Source: Hypanus sabinus
Taxonomy: Eukaryota
Assembly: GCF_030144855.1 (NCBI RefSeq)
Contig: NC_082731.1
Location: 21,080,001-21,144,000, forward strand
Length of the DNA: 64,000 nt
Reading direction: 5' to 3'
Positions 1 through 12,693 of this stretch are shown here, piece by piece. Position numbers and translations under genes: made by a program. The notes beneath the pieces are model-generated. The model ran no database searches. It was not told the DNA's origin and saw only the letters and a list, made by a program, of their open reading frames with translations. Numbering within the stretch: position 1 is the first letter of the stretch; each line of letters starts with the position of its first letter.

Positions 1-91
1 CCACAGTATCCACACCAACGCGAATAGTGTTGGCGGAGTCAACGCCAGTTTATCCGAGACGAACGGAAGCAAATTGGGCAAAGACGCTACA
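1..91 (+). mobile_element. 3' end of an LTR cut by the window edge
   Basis: Starts ccacagtatccacacca, like cacacagcatccacacca near the 3' end of the solo LTR at 28344-29035, and ends in ..GCTACA. Confidence 0.35.
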
Positions 92-289
92 CATTGAAAA
101 CTGTATTATTAATTAAGTGATGACTAAGTATTTCAAAGTACTGAGGAATTCATATTCTGTTGGGGGGTGGCGGTTGGTAGTGCGAATGTCCCGGTTCATA
201 ATTTTAACGTTCTGCTGTTTTACAACTCTATAAGCTCAATCCGCCTTGCTTTTATCTTGATGGGTTATTATTGAAGATATAGGATGAAT

Positions 290-680
290 GGAATGTGTGC
301 CCTACAATTAGGATGATATAACTTAGGGGAGGATTTACTGGTCAGGGACACCAAGATTCATCTTGGGACTTTGCTTCGTAGGGAGATGCATAAAGAAGGC
401 GCTGGAGAGAACAGGTCATACGAATCGACCCAGAACGAAACCGTGATTCAATGAAGCCATTGCCCATGATGGGTTGAGGATCGGTGATTATGGTGAAACG
501 GTGAGCACCAACTTGTGCATCTTCTACATTTTAACTAAGTTGGCTCCTTCACTTTCTGTTTTATCTTTACTAACTATTCTGTTAAATTAAGATTCGTAAA
601 TATAATCCTTTTAAACGTATGCGAGGTACTGTTTGCCATTTCTTAGCACCAATTTGTTACGGCAAAAAAAAGTTACACCA
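290..680 (+). mobile_element. Possible degraded solo LTR, boundaries approximate
   Basis: The block gagcaccaac..ttaaattaagattcgtaaa..ttaaacgtatgcgaggtactgtttg..gttaca resembles the 3' halves of the LTRs at 12933 and 28344. I found no TSD. Confidence 0.3.
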
Positions 681-1979
681 CACGGTTTCGGGGTGGGAGA
701 GTAGTTTGAATCGGGATTGGACTGTGTCTTCCCGAGACATACATAGTCAAAGAAAGCAGGGGATTTCATTTGTGCTCAGCTTCAAGCTGTCTAAAATACA
801 CTTTAAAAAATTCCAAATAAGGAACGCTTTTAAAAAATGAATCCTGTCCAGTGCGATGCAGAGTCCACACTTAAAAAAGCTAAATCTGGGTTAGATATAC
901 AAATACTGTAAGCGGAATCATGGTTTCTGCTGTCCCGCGTTTCAGATGGTAGAGTCTGTAAGCAAAACGGCACCGAACGTATTTGTTGAAGAGGCAGACC
1001 ACTTGGGAAGAACAGGGGGCTGGACTCAGCAGCCTCCGATGATATTGCTGTCTGTTATTTTGCAGGGAGTTCTTCAAATTGGCTTCCATAGACTTCCAGC
1101 GGCTTCAGACGACAACAGAACTTCGGTTTTTCAGCAAACAGGAAGAGTATAAGACATAAGAGCAGAAGAAGCAGATTAAGAATGAACAGAGTTTTTCCCC
1201 ATTGCGTCCCCTCCGTCATTGTATCATGGTCATTTTTTATCCATAATAATCAATTGTTCAGTATTCTCACCGTAATCTTTAACGCCCTGACAAATATAAA
1301 AACAAATGAAAACGAAAGAAAAAAATACTGTTGCCTTCCGCTTTAAGCATATTGGATTTCTTGGGAATGACAAATGAAATCCATAATTTCACCAATCCCT
1401 GGCTGAAGAAATTCCACCTCAGATATATTCTAAAACGACCTCTGAATATTGAGTCAGCGCCTTCCAATCTTAGACACACAAATGGTGATAGCATCCTCGT
1501 TACAGCCACTTTATTTATACCTTTCAATATTTTATACAGTTCAATGAGATTCCCCTTCCCCTTCTTTCATCTGAACTCCATCGAATACTGGCGCATCGTC
1601 ATCGAGAGCTGAGGGGAGATTCCCAAACCAGCACATCTTTGCTGCCAAAGTTGTTCGCAAACTGCACACAGTTATCTAAATAGAACACTCGCAGCTTGGA
1701 GCCCTTCTCGGCAAACGAAAGCTTTGAAAACCAAACGGATCCTGTCTCGGAAGGATATCTGCAGAAGTGTGGTGCAGTGATATAAACAACGTCTCAGAAG
1801 GGTTTCTGATCAATCCAATGCTGAAGTAGCACTCGACATGGCATCTCCGTGTTTTTTTCAGTTCTCAGTTGGTCCTCTTCAGGCAGAGTATTTCGTAGAT
1901 GGGAGGATTCTTAGCGGTGTGGATGAACTGAGGCATTTTGACATACACATGTATAGATGAATCAAGATTACCGCGCAAT

Positions 1980-2340
1980 TTGAGAGGACTGTTAAGAAAG
2001 CTAATGTTACAATGTGATGTTGGGCGTCAATAGTCTCAAGTGGGAGCTGAAGATCTCCGAAATAATGTTTCCGGTCTACAAAACCCTAATTAGATCGCAC
2101 ATGAAATATTGTTCATTGCTGGTTGCCTGTTTTTCCGAAGGACGTAAGAACGTTGGAGATGGTGTGGGTTGCTGATTTGACTAAAGAGCTTCTCTTTCAA
2201 CGGAAGCATAGGTAATCAAAGACCATGGTGCTTGAAGTGAACAAGCATCAGCGATGATGTGATGGAGATGTACATGATGCTGAGATGAGTGAATTGACTG
2301 GATAATCAGAGATTTGTACTTAGAGCGTCAGTTAGAATTG
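1980..2340 (+). mobile_element. Degenerate CR1 LINE ORF2 3' fragment
   Basis: ctacaaaaccctaattagatcgcacatgaaatattg translates as YKTLIRSHMKY, similar to the CR1 LYRALVRPHLEYC motif at 3534-3872. Confidence 0.55.
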
Positions 2341-2759
2341 AAATAGTTTGTAGTTAATAGTAAAAATATATATGGTGTTGGGATGTTAGAGTTCAGTTCT
2401 TTTCAAGGAGACTGGGAAGTGCGTAGAACGACCTATCAAGTGTGGTGGTTGTGACAAATACATAAGAACAAATGTGAAATTCTTCGACAGCCAGATAGAT
2501 AAAATCAAATAAATGAAGGATATGTAAGATGCAAAGTTTAAATTAATCTTTGCATCGGTTAAATATTCGGCAAAGTATCCTGGGCAAAATAGTAATATTG
2601 TTAAGCAATGTTCTGCTCTTTGCCAGACGCTCACTGGATTCAGGATAATGATAGGCACTTGGTGACGTGCATCACAAGATCCATCTGTCAGCTCTGTTAA
2701 GAGTGTCGCAGCCAAAGCTACTAGCCACGCAAATATACACAGTCAGATACTCAGAGATA

Positions 2760-3033
2760 GATAGAGAGGATTAAAGGACCTCCTTTTAGAACAGAGATGT
2801 GGAGAAAATTCTATAGTCAGGGGTGATAAATCTCTGGAATATTTTCTGCCAGGTGTGGCTGTGTCGGCCAAGTCACTGGGTATTTAAGGCAGATATTAGC
2901 CATGGCATCAAAACGGTGGGGTGGGGGTGGGGATTGTCTGGATGAAGTGGATCTGCCTATGATTGGAAGATAATTCCCTATAGGTCAAAAGACCTGCTTT
3001 TGCACCTATACCTTATTAATTTAATGTTTCTAA
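2760..3033 (+). mobile_element. Degenerate CR1 3' end fragment
   Basis: Resembles the CR1 terminal region at 3890-4188 (ttttagaacagagatgtggagaaaattctatagtcag..ggtgataaatctctggaat). Confidence 0.55.
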
Positions 3034-3037
3034 GTGA

Positions 3038-4188
3038 GATAAGGTCCCACATAGGAGATATATGGGTAAAATCAAAGCTCCGGGCATCGGGGGGAAGACA
3101 ATGGTCTGCATAGAAAACTGGTTGGCAGATAGAAAGCAAAGGGTAGCGATGAATGGGTGTTTCTCGGAATGGCAGGTGGTGACTAGTGTGGTGCCACAGG
3201 GCTCGGTATTGGGACCACAGCTGTTTACAATTTACGTCAACGATTTGGATGAAGGCATTGAAAATAACATCAGCAAATTTGCTGATGATACTAAGCTGGT
3301 TGGTAGTGTGACATGAGATGAGGATGTTAGGATAATTCAGAGTGACTTGGATAGGCTAGGTGAGTGGACAGATACTTGGCAGTTTTAAGTATGAGGTTAT
3401 CCACTTTGGGAATAAGAACAGGAAGGCAGATTATTATCTGAACAGTGTAGAGTTAGGTAAGGAAGAAATACAAAGAGATCTAGGAGTCCTTGTTCATCAG
3501 TCACTGAAGGTGAATGAGTAAGTGCAGTAGGCAGTGGAGAAGTCTAATGGAAAGTTAGCCTTTATTACAGAGGGAATTCAGTACAAGAGCAATGAAATCA
3601 TCTTGCATTTGTACAGAGCCCTGGTGAGACCACACCTGGAGTATTGTGTACAGTTTTGGTCTCCAGGGTTAAGGAAGGACAACCTGGCTTTAGAGGAAGT
3701 GCAGAGTAGATTCACGAGGTTAATTCCTGGGATGTCTGGACTGTCTTACACAGACAGGTTAGAGAGACTGGGCTTGTACACGCTGGAGTTAAGGAAATTG
3801 AGAGGGGTTCTGATTGAAACATATAAGATTATTAAGGGATTTGACAAGATAGAGGCAGGAAATATATTCTAGATGCTGGGAGAGTCCAGTACCAGAGGAC
3901 ATGGTTTTAGAATAAGGGGTAGGTCATTTAGGACAGAGTTAAGGAAAAACCTCTTCTCCCAGAGAGTTGTGGGGGTCTGGAATGCACTGCCTCGGAACGT
4001 AGTGGAGGCCAATTCTCTGGCTGCTTTCAAGAAGGAGCTAGTTAGGTAACTTATGGATAGGGGAATCAAGGTATATGGTGACAAGGAAGGAACCGGGTAT
4101 TGATAGTAGTTCATCAGCCATGATCTCAAAATGGCGCTGCAGGCTCGAAGTGCCGAATGGTCTACTTCTGCACCTATTGTCTATTGTC
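3038..4188 (+). mobile_element. 5'-truncated CR1 LINE (RT C-terminal half plus 3' UTR)
   Basis: [34 protein letters not shown] and LYRALVRPHLEYCVQFWSP, broken by stops and frameshifts. Ends in a (TATTGTC)n tail. Confidence 0.92.
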
Positions 4189-4319
4189 TTTTGAGATAAA
4201 TCAATATTTTTGCCTTCAGGTTGGAGACTATCCAGACAGGACATGAAGTGCTGCTCCTCAAAAATAAGAGTGTCTCAGTTCTTTGTTGTGAAGGTTACTG
4301 CTCGATTTCCATACTTGCT

Positions 4320-4930
4320 GAACCAGTTTGTTCGGATAGGCAACAATAACCCTCCCACTTTCTCCATCAGCACAGTTGATCAAAAACTCTACTCATTTTA
4401 TACTAATGACTATGGGGCTAACATAATTCAATTGCTATATTTACATTTGCTGACGATATCCTTTCCAAATCAAAGGTGATGGCGAAACTTCAGAGGAAGG
4501 ACACTGAAATCTGTCTGAGCAGCGCTACAACAAACATATCCTGAGAAGAATCGGTCACGTTTCTACAGAAGATCATGTTGGTTGGCTTCATCACAGACTG
4601 GTAGGGAAACAATACTACCTTTGAACGGAACATCCTATAAGCAGATCTTGATGAATCGATGTCCATCACCAATAAATTGTTCTACTTCATTGAGCATATC
4701 TACACAGATTGTTGTCGCAGGAAAGGAACATCCATCATCTGGGATCTCCATCAGTCAGGACATGGAACCTACTTGGTGTCGGCATCAGGAGGAAGGTAGA
4801 TGAGGGTCAGAACTCTGGTCTTCAGATTAAGGAAAATGTCTTGCCTCTGAAAGATCAGTCTGTTATACCTGAGAGGCATAAACTTACCTGCTTACCTGTT
4901 TCCCCAAGCTATCAACGCACTTTCAATTGC
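4320..4930 (+). mobile_element. Degenerate Rex1/Babar-like LINE RT fragment
   Basis: VRIGNN..LYSFYTNDY..(Y)TFADD-like and FPQAI-like remnants. Runs into the assembly gap. Confidence 0.6.
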
Positions 4931-5063
4931 NNNNNNNNNNNNNNNNNNNNNNNNNNNNNNNNNNNNNNNNNNNNNNNNNNNNNNNNNNNNNNNNNNNNNN
5001 NNNNNNNNNNNNNNNNNNNNNNNNNNNNNNNNNNNNNNNNNNNNNNNNNNNNNNNNNNNNNNN
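4931..5063. other. Assembly gap (133 N)
   Basis: Run of n characters. Confidence 1.
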
Positions 5064-5084
5064 TAGCATGTAAGTAATTATAAA

Positions 5085-5116
<32 letters not shown>

Positions 5117-5132
5117 ATAATAATAATAATAA
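5085..5132 (+). repeat. Compound microsatellite (TAC)10(TAA)6
   Basis: Read directly from the sequence. Confidence 0.97.
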
Positions 5133-5139
5133 TAGTCTG

Positions 5140-5270
5140 CGGTGTTGCAGAGTTCCATGGCTCTGTTACAGTTACTGAATTTCTTGTGAATGCTCACAAG
5201 AAAATGATCTCACGGTATTATATAGTGACTTCTATGTAGCTTGATAATAAAGTTACTTTGAACTTTGAAC
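5140..5270 (+). mobile_element. LINE 3' UTR/tail remnant
   Basis: caagaaaatgatctca..ttgataataaagttactttgaactttgaa: polyA signal plus a short tandem tail. It probably ends the Rex1-like copy upstream of the gap. Confidence 0.5.
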
Positions 5271-6198
5271 CTTGGAACGAATGCAGAGGAGACACAGTAG
5301 CAATGACTAAGTTCGATTTTTTTAAATATAATTTAATGTGTGGGGAGAAGAATAGTGAAGATAGCTGTGGGAGAGTGTATGTCTATAAAATATATGAGAA
5401 GTCTGTACCCAAGCTGTTGAGTGCAGTTCCCACCGATGTATATTGCTGTTGTGTGAGATCAACATCCGATGGCTGCTTTCTGACATTGATGGGAAGTTTT
5501 GTCTGGTCAGAATATGAGCACGTCTTTCGCCATTATTTGTTCTATTCCCCAGCTTCGCCCTTCAAACTATCAATCTTTTGGTATTCACCACTGTAGTAAC
5601 GTAAGGCTTGAGACTGAAGGTTCCATGAAATTAAACAACACAAGAGTCATGTAATCAAAATTTTGTGTGAGCATATTTAAAACGACCAAAGAGTGAAAAT
5701 ATACATGAAATATATGAGAATGCGCTACCTCGTTCGTGCTGGACTCTCGATATTTTAAAGCTATTGAATTAAGCCTTCAGATATTAGTTAGAATTTGTTT
5801 CCACATTGCCTTTCCAGCCCTGCTTCTTTTCATGACTTTGCCCTCTATCGACCTTATGTATAATCTCAGAGAACAATATTTTTGTTCAAGGCATTAGATA
5901 TTTGGATAATAGCACATCTTTCGTGGATGAACTTGGTGCAGTTGGGCTTGCAAAACGATACCTATGTATGTTTTTTTTTTCCCTAATTCATAACATCTGT
6001 CCTTTCTGTCCCTTTTTTGATTTACTTTCTCTGCTGTAATCCGCAACAATTACTGAGTTTGTTTTCTGTTCAGGAACACATCTGGGAGTGCACCGCCTGT
6101 TTGCTAAGTTAAATTCTAAAGAACATTATTTTTTTTACATGGAACTTTTTTTTTGTATTTTACCGAGCAACTGTTCCACAGATCCACTATTCCACTGT

Positions 6199-7034
6199 TG
6201 TTACGTACTCGTGACACATGACAGTGGTGCCCTTGTCACGTGACTGGGGTTGAAGCTATACTGGACTTGAGGTAATGGTCTTGTGATGGTGGAATGACGT
6301 CATTTTCCTGCTAGTAGGGATCATGTGACAGGTTTCTTTTTACAGGTTATAAAGGTAGACCCCACCCTGTGAGGAGGGGCAGTTCGTGGCTGGATTTGCC
6401 AGGTTGACTTCATGCCACTGCGTGTTTTAAGTGATGACGCAGTTTAGCTGAAGGATGAAGTTTTTACCTAATGCCTGAAGTTTAAAATGTCGTTGCCAGC
6501 AGGTTCTTTACGATTCTGCTAGTCCGGAAGAGTGAAGATCGAAGTTCGGGTGTTAAAGATGGAGGAGAATCGCTTTCTACGGTGAAATGGGTTTCAACCT
6601 TTGTTTGATCCTTATTTGGAAGGATTTCGTTGAATATCTTCGTGTTAATCACTGGGTTTAACCAGGAAGGATTGAAGGTAGTGAAGAAGTAACGGTCAGT
6701 GCCTTTAAGCCGTTCTGTTTCGTGAATTCTTCCTGGAAAGTTCGACGTCGGGGGATCGAAGCAAGCGACGTGAAAGAGAATTTAAATCGTCTTATAAAGT
6801 CTCCCCTTTTAAATGGACTGTGAGCATATCGAACTTTTGCCAATACCACTTTAAATAACTCTTTTTGCAATATCGCTTTAAGAACTGTTTGGGCTGCCGC
6901 ACCGCAGCTGTTTCCGGTTGCGTTAGTGTTTGTTTACTTTCGGAGGGTTTGTTTTCTGTGTTTAATAAACGTGTTGTTTGTTATAAAAAACACTTGCCGA
7001 ACTCATATATTTATTTTTGCCCGAATACTTAACA
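6199..7034 (+). repeat. 5' LTR of the Gmr1-like element
   Basis: Direct repeat of 11858-12693 with about 43 substitutions by hand count (~5%). Contains TGACGTCA (6295-6302) and AATAAA. Confidence 0.97.
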
Positions 7035-7041
7035 TTAAATA

Positions 7042-7060
7042 TGGGGGCTGCGTCTGGATT
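7042..7060 (+). other. Primer-binding site, tRNA-Pro-like
   Basis: TGGGGGCTGCGTCTGGATT versus the tRNA-Pro 3' complement TGGGGGCTCGTCCGGGATT, 7 nt after the LTR. Confidence 0.7.
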
Positions 7061-7155
7061 GGATCGTTTGGTTTAAATGCTTGCTAACATTTATATCGGT
7101 GTTTGGAAAACGGGATTACGCAGTTCTTTTGTTTGGCTTGTGGTATTCGGCAGCA

Positions 7156-8560
7156 ATGAATATTGATGAGTTTCTGGATTCGCCAGCTGCGGAGGTGTTG
7201 GCGAAGGCGAAAAAAAAACTGAGGTGTTTGAGATAGCTAGTATGTTGCAACTTAAAGGGATTTTGCAGACTACATCTAAGGCTGTTATACAGAGAAAAAT
7301 CGCGTCACACTATGTGGTCTCGGGTGTTTTTGATGAATCGATTTTAGAGTCGTTTCCAAAAAGTAATCTGGAGATGCAGTTGCATATCGAACAAATGAAA
7401 TTGGAACAAAGTAAAGCTGATTTGGAGAGGTGTAAATTGGAGGCGGAACAAAAGCAGAGAGAATTTGCATATGCAATGGAGGAGTTAAAGTCTGGGAATC
7501 AGTCTTCTGGTTCTAAAAAACGTTTGTTGCTAGTCAAGAAATTAAATTGGTCCCTCCATTTAGTGAAACAGAAGTGGAAATGTATTTTCAACATTTTGAA
7601 ACTATTGCTCGAATGTCAGAGTGGCCGAAAAATAAATTGTCAGTGTTATTACAGAGTGTAATTAAAGGCAAAGCACAACGAGTTTACACAGCTTTAACAG
7701 CTGCGCTAGCACCTGATTGTAATATTGTAAAGAGGCATATTTTAAACGCATATGAGTTGGTCCCAGAAGCTTTTAGGGAAAGATTCAGAAGTTTGAAAAA
7801 GTCTGTGGAAAAAACTTATGTGGAATTTGCCTATGATAAAGCTATGTGTTTTGAGAGATGGGTTTCTTCTAAAAATGTAAATGGAGACTATGATATATTG
7901 TGAGAGCTGATTTTAATGGAGGAATTTAAAAGAAGCATTCCTGTTGAAGTAAGGACCTACTTAAATGAGAAGGATACTGATAAATTGCAGGACTGTGCTA
8001 GATTAGCTGATGAGTATGTTTTAATCCATAAGAATAAATTTCCTCAGGGCAGAATTTTTAAGAGGAAAAATAACATTGAGACTCCAGGTAAATCTGAAAT
8101 TAAATCAAAGGTTAATGAGAAATTTGACGAGAAAGGACAGCCAGTGAAGGAAAGACAGTTTGGTCTTATTTGTAACTATTGTAGGAAGCCTGGCCATGTA
8201 ATAGCTAACTGTTTCAAATTGAAAAAGAAAGAGAAGGAAGCAGTTCCAGATGTTTTTGTGCAACATATTGAAGCACCTGTAAAGTTACAGGGTTTGATAA
8301 ACACAAATGAGGCTTTGTTGGAGTCTGACCAAGTTAAAAAGGGATATGATCATTTTATAACTGAAGGGTTTGTATCCTTGAAGGAAGGATATACTCTGGT
8401 GCCAATAAAAATCCTTAGGGATACTGGTGCTTCTCAATCACTGATGCTAGACAGTGTGTTGAAGTTTAATGAAGATAAGGTAAATTACGTAAGAGGTGTT
8501 GGAAGTGATTTTATGCCTGTACATGTACACAAAGTAAATTTAAATCAATGTTAGTTGCAG
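7156..8560 (+). pseudogene. gag: gag (SCAN-like capsid region, CCHC knuckle) and aspartic protease, disrupted
   Basis: PPFSETEVEMYFQHFE..WPKNKLSVLLQSVIKGKAQ, zinc knuckle CNYCRKPGHVIANC and protease LRDTGA. Frameshifts and stops separate the ORFs at 7224, 7547 and 7916. Confidence 0.88.
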
Positions 8561-8891
8561 GATTTGTTAAAGTAGGATTACAGCATAGCCTACCTGTGAA
8601 GGGTATTTCTTTACTGTTAGGTAATGGCTTGGCAAGTGGACAAGTTTTTCCTGAAGTGCATTTGACATGGAGTCAGAGGAACCAGAGTTGAATTCTAACA
8701 CAGATTCTTCCTGTGTTGTGACTAGAGCTATGGCTAAAAAGATTGATGCGCAGAATGAAGTTGTTACTCAGGACTGTTCAACTCAGGATTCGAGTTCTGA
8801 GGATGTGTCAGAGAATTTCTTACCTTCGTTGTTTGAACAAGATTTTTGAAGTAAGTCTGACTATAAGGATTTATCTCTGTCTCAGAAGGAG

Positions 8892-10100
8892 ATGATAGCA
8901 GAGCAGACGAGAGATTCTGAGATTATAAAATTAAGACAGCAGATTTTTCTAGATAGTGAAATAGATAAGGTGCCAGTAGGATATTGCTGGGAAAAAGGAG
9001 TGTTGATGAGGAAGTGGAGATCACCTACAATTCCTGTAAGTGAGGATTGGAATGTTGTTTACCAGGTAGTTGTTCCGAAAGTTTATGGAAATGAGATTTT
9101 GACTTTAGCTCATAGTGTGCCTTTAGGTGGACATCAAGGGGTAAGGAAATCTGTGGACAAGATTTTAAAACATTTTTTCTTGCCTGGTCTAAGAAAAGAT
9201 GTGGCGATGTTTTGTAAAACGTGTCATACTTGTCAAATTGTGGGTAAACCAAATCAGGTTACACCAGTAGCTCCATTACAACATATCCCAGCATTTGGTG
9301 AACCGTTTTGTAAAGTTGTTGTAAATTATGTTGGTCCATTACCAAAGACAAAAACTGGTTATCAGTATTTGTTGACTGTCATGTGTACTTCGTCTAGGTT
9401 TCCAGAGGCAGTACAACTTAGAAATATAAAAGCTAAAACTGACAATGGCCCTTATATTTTTTTTTACTTATTTTGCATTACCTAAGGAGATACAAACTGA
9501 TTAATGCAGTAATTTTATGTCTGGATTGTTTCAACAGATAGTTTATAAATTGGGAGATAAGCAAATCATTTCGTCTGCATACCATCAGGAATCACAGGGT
9601 GCCTTGTAGAGGTTTCATTCTACCCTCAAGACTATGATTAGGACATTTTGTGTGGAAAATGAAAGTGACTGGAATGAGGGTATAAACTTACTTTTATTTG
9701 CAGTAAGGGAATCGGTACAGGAAACTTTAGGTTTTAGTCTATTTGAACCTGTGTTTGGGCATAGAGTTAGAGGACCTTTAGCTTTATTGAAAGAACAGTG
9801 GATTAGTAAGGAAGTACACACTAATTTGTTGGACTATGTTTTGAAATTTAAGGACAGGTTACATAAAGCTTGTAGCTTAGCTAAGGAAAATTTAAAGTTG
9901 GCTCAGGAGAAAATGAAGACGGTATGATAACGAAGCTAGGATGAGGATGTTTAAACCTGGAGGTAAGGTGTTGTTTTTTTTCCCCAGTGCAGACAAATCC
10001 TTTACAAGCTAGATTTCATGGTCCTTATGAAATTGTGCCTAAAATCAGTGATGTGGATTACGTGGTAAAAAGTGCAGATCGTAGAAGGTCAACACAACTT
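8892..10100 (+). pseudogene. pol: Integrase of the Gmr1-like element, disrupted
   Basis: HHCC motif (HSVPLGGHQG..CKTCHTC), core EPFCKVVVNYVGPLP with the first catalytic D replaced by N, LLLFAVRESVQE, VFGHRVRGP. Confidence 0.9.
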
Positions 10101-10350
10101 TGCCATATAAATATCTTGAAACCATATTTTGAGAAGTAATCTGATACTGTGATTGTTGTGGCTAGTGAGAGTGTGTTTGATTTAACTAGGAACATGATAG
10201 ATGATTCATCTGACTTTAATTCTGAATCCAACATTGTTTCTGTTAGGTTACCAAATTCAAGCATTCTGGAAAATATTAATGAAAAATTAGCACATTTACA
10301 GTTAGAGCAGAAACAACAGATGAAAGATTTAATTTTTTAAACATAAGGAG

Positions 10351-11663
10351 TTGTTTCCAGATGTTCCGAGAAGGACTACTATAGCTTCACATGATGTAGA
10401 TGTTGGAGATGCCAAACCTATAAAACAACATCCATATCGGATGAACATGGAAAAATGTATACTTGCTGAGAAAGAAATTGAAAATATGTTAGAGAACAAT
10501 ATCGTTAGACATTCTAACTCGAATTGGAGTTCGCCATGTGTTATGTTGCCAAAACCAGATGGTAGTAGTAGGTTTTGTACGGATTATAGGTAGGTGAATG
10601 CTGTAACGAAAACAGATGCATATCCAATTCCTAGAGTAGATGATTGGGTAGATAAAGTTGGAAAAGCAAAGTTCCTTACAAGATTGATTTATTGAAATGG
10701 TATTGGTGTGTTCCATTGACGGACAGAAGTAGAGAGATTTCTGCAGTTGTAACTCCATCTGGCTATTATGAGTATAATGTTCTTCCATTTGGGATGAAGA
10801 ATGCCCCAGGTACTTTCCAGAGGACGATTAATTCTGTGATTCAGGGATGGAAAGATACTGATGCTTATATTGATGATTTAGTGACAGGGAATGATACTTG
10901 GGAAGCACACATTATTGCGATGGAGAAATTGTTTGAAAGGCTTTCAAAAGCAAACATAACTATTAATTTAACTAAGAGTGAGTTTGGGCATGCCACTGTG
11001 ACGTACATTGGTTATGTTGTGGGTCAAGGTAAGGTAGCTCCAGTTCAGGCAAAAGTTCAGGCAATTTTAGAGATTCCCACTTCAACGGTGAAAAAGACTC
11101 TCAGAAGGTTTTTGGGAATCGTAGGATATTATCGGAAATTTTGTAAGAATTTTGCTAATGTTGTCCTTCAATTAACTAACCTTCTTCAGAAGAATGAGAA
11201 GTTTGTATGGACGGTGCCTTGTCAAAAAGCATTTGAATATTTGAAAACAATGATAAGTCAACAACCTGTGCTAAAGGCACCTGACTTTGAAAAACCTTTT
11301 TCATTGGCTGTGGATGCTAGTGATGAGGCTGCAGGAGCAGGATTAATGCAAAGGAATGAGGGTGATGAGGTTGATCATCCAGTAGCTTACTTTTCCAAGA
11401 AATTTAATGAGCATCAAAGGAACTATTCGACTATTGAAAAAGAATTGTTATCTCTTGTTTTAGCTTTGGAATATTTTGAGGTATATGTTGGTACAACTCA
11501 GAAACCACTTATTGTTTACACTGATCATAATCCGTTAGTTTTTCTGAGTAAGATGAAAAACGAAGATTATTAAATTGGAGTTTGATGTTACAAGAGTAAC
11601 ATTGTGATAACTCATATTAAAGGTAAAGATAATGTGGTTGCTGATCGTCTATCTCACAGTTGA
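10351..11663 (+). pseudogene. pol: Reverse transcriptase and RNase H of the Gmr1-like element, disrupted
   Basis: PIKQHPYR, FCTDYR, LPFGMKNAPGTFQR, YIDD, LAVDASD, YSTIEKELL, VYTDHNPL. Ends at TGA 11661-11663. Confidence 0.93.
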
Positions 11664-11848
11664 ATGTACACTGTAATTTTTTTTATGGATTGTTTTTTTT
11701 TCAATTGTAACTCTCCTACTGTATTGTGAGTTATAAGCAGTTATATGATGGCATTGTATATTGTGTATGTTATAAAATTTATACCTTTGTTTTTCTTGTA
11801 AGCGTTGGTTAAAAATTTTTGTTCTTGTCAGACCAAAAATGTTTTTTT

Positions 11849-11857
11849 GGAGGGAGG
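11849..11857 (+). other. Polypurine tract
   Basis: GGAGGGAGG immediately before the TG of the 3' LTR. Confidence 0.85.
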
Positions 11858-12693
11858 TGTTACGTACTCGTGACACATGACTGTGGTGCCCTTGTCACGT
11901 GACTGGGGTTGAAGCTATACTGGACTTGAGGTACTGGTCTTATGATGGTGGAATGACGTCATTTACCCGCCAGTAGAGATCATGAGACAGTTTTTTTTTA
12001 CTGGTTATAAAAGGTAGACCCCACCCTCTGAGGAGGGGCAGTTCGTGGCTGGATTTGCCAGGTTGACTTCATGCCGCTGCGTGTTTTAAGTGATGACGCA
12101 AATTAGTTGAAGGATGAAGTTTTTACCTAATGCCTGAAATTTGAAAGGTCATTGCCAACAGGTTCTTTACGATTCTGCTAGTCTGGGAGAGTGAAGATCG
12201 AAGTTCGGGTTTTATAGATCGAGGAGAATCGCTTTCTACGGTGAGACGGGTTTCAACCTTTGTTTGATCCTTATTTGGAAGGATTTCGTTGACTATCTTC
12301 GTGTTAATCACTGGGTTTAACCAGGAAGGATTGAAGGTAGTGAAGAAGTAACGGTCAGTGCCTTTAAGCCGTTCTGTTTCGTGAATTCTTCCTGGAAAGT
12401 TCGACGTCGGGGGATCGAAGCAAGCGACGTGAAAGAGAATTTAAATCGTCTTATAAAGTTTCTCCTTTTAAATGGACTGTGAGCATATCGAACTTTTGGC
12501 AACACCACTTTAAATAACTGTTTTTGCAATATCACTTTAAGAACTGTTTGGGCTGCCGCACCGCAGCTGTTTCCGGTGGCGTTAGTGTTTGTTTACTTTT
12601 GGGGGGTTTGTTTTCTGTATTTAATAAACGTGTTGTTTGTTATAAGAAACCCTTGCCGAACTCATATATTTATTGTTGCCCGAATACATAACA
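11858..12693 (+). repeat. 3' LTR of the Gmr1-like element
   Basis: Direct repeat of 6199-7034 with the same length. Confidence 0.97.

Larger units (their letters stand above)
6199..12693 (+). mobile_element. Full-length but defective Gmr1-like Ty3/Gypsy LTR retrotransposon (gag-PR-IN-RT-RH)
   Basis: Two 836-bp LTRs with TGTTA..TAACA ends, 4-bp TSD CTGT (6195-6198, 12694-12697), tRNA-Pro-like PBS and PPT. Integrase lies upstream of RT. Many stops and frameshifts. Confidence 0.95.

Noticed and set aside
5839-5915. Seventh RSS or V relic (gccctctatcga plus tatttttgt at V-flank-like spacing)
   Set aside because: There is a 12-nt match to the V 3' flank and a 7/9 nonamer, but no heptamer at 23 nt and no V exon beyond it. 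Chance cannot be excluded.
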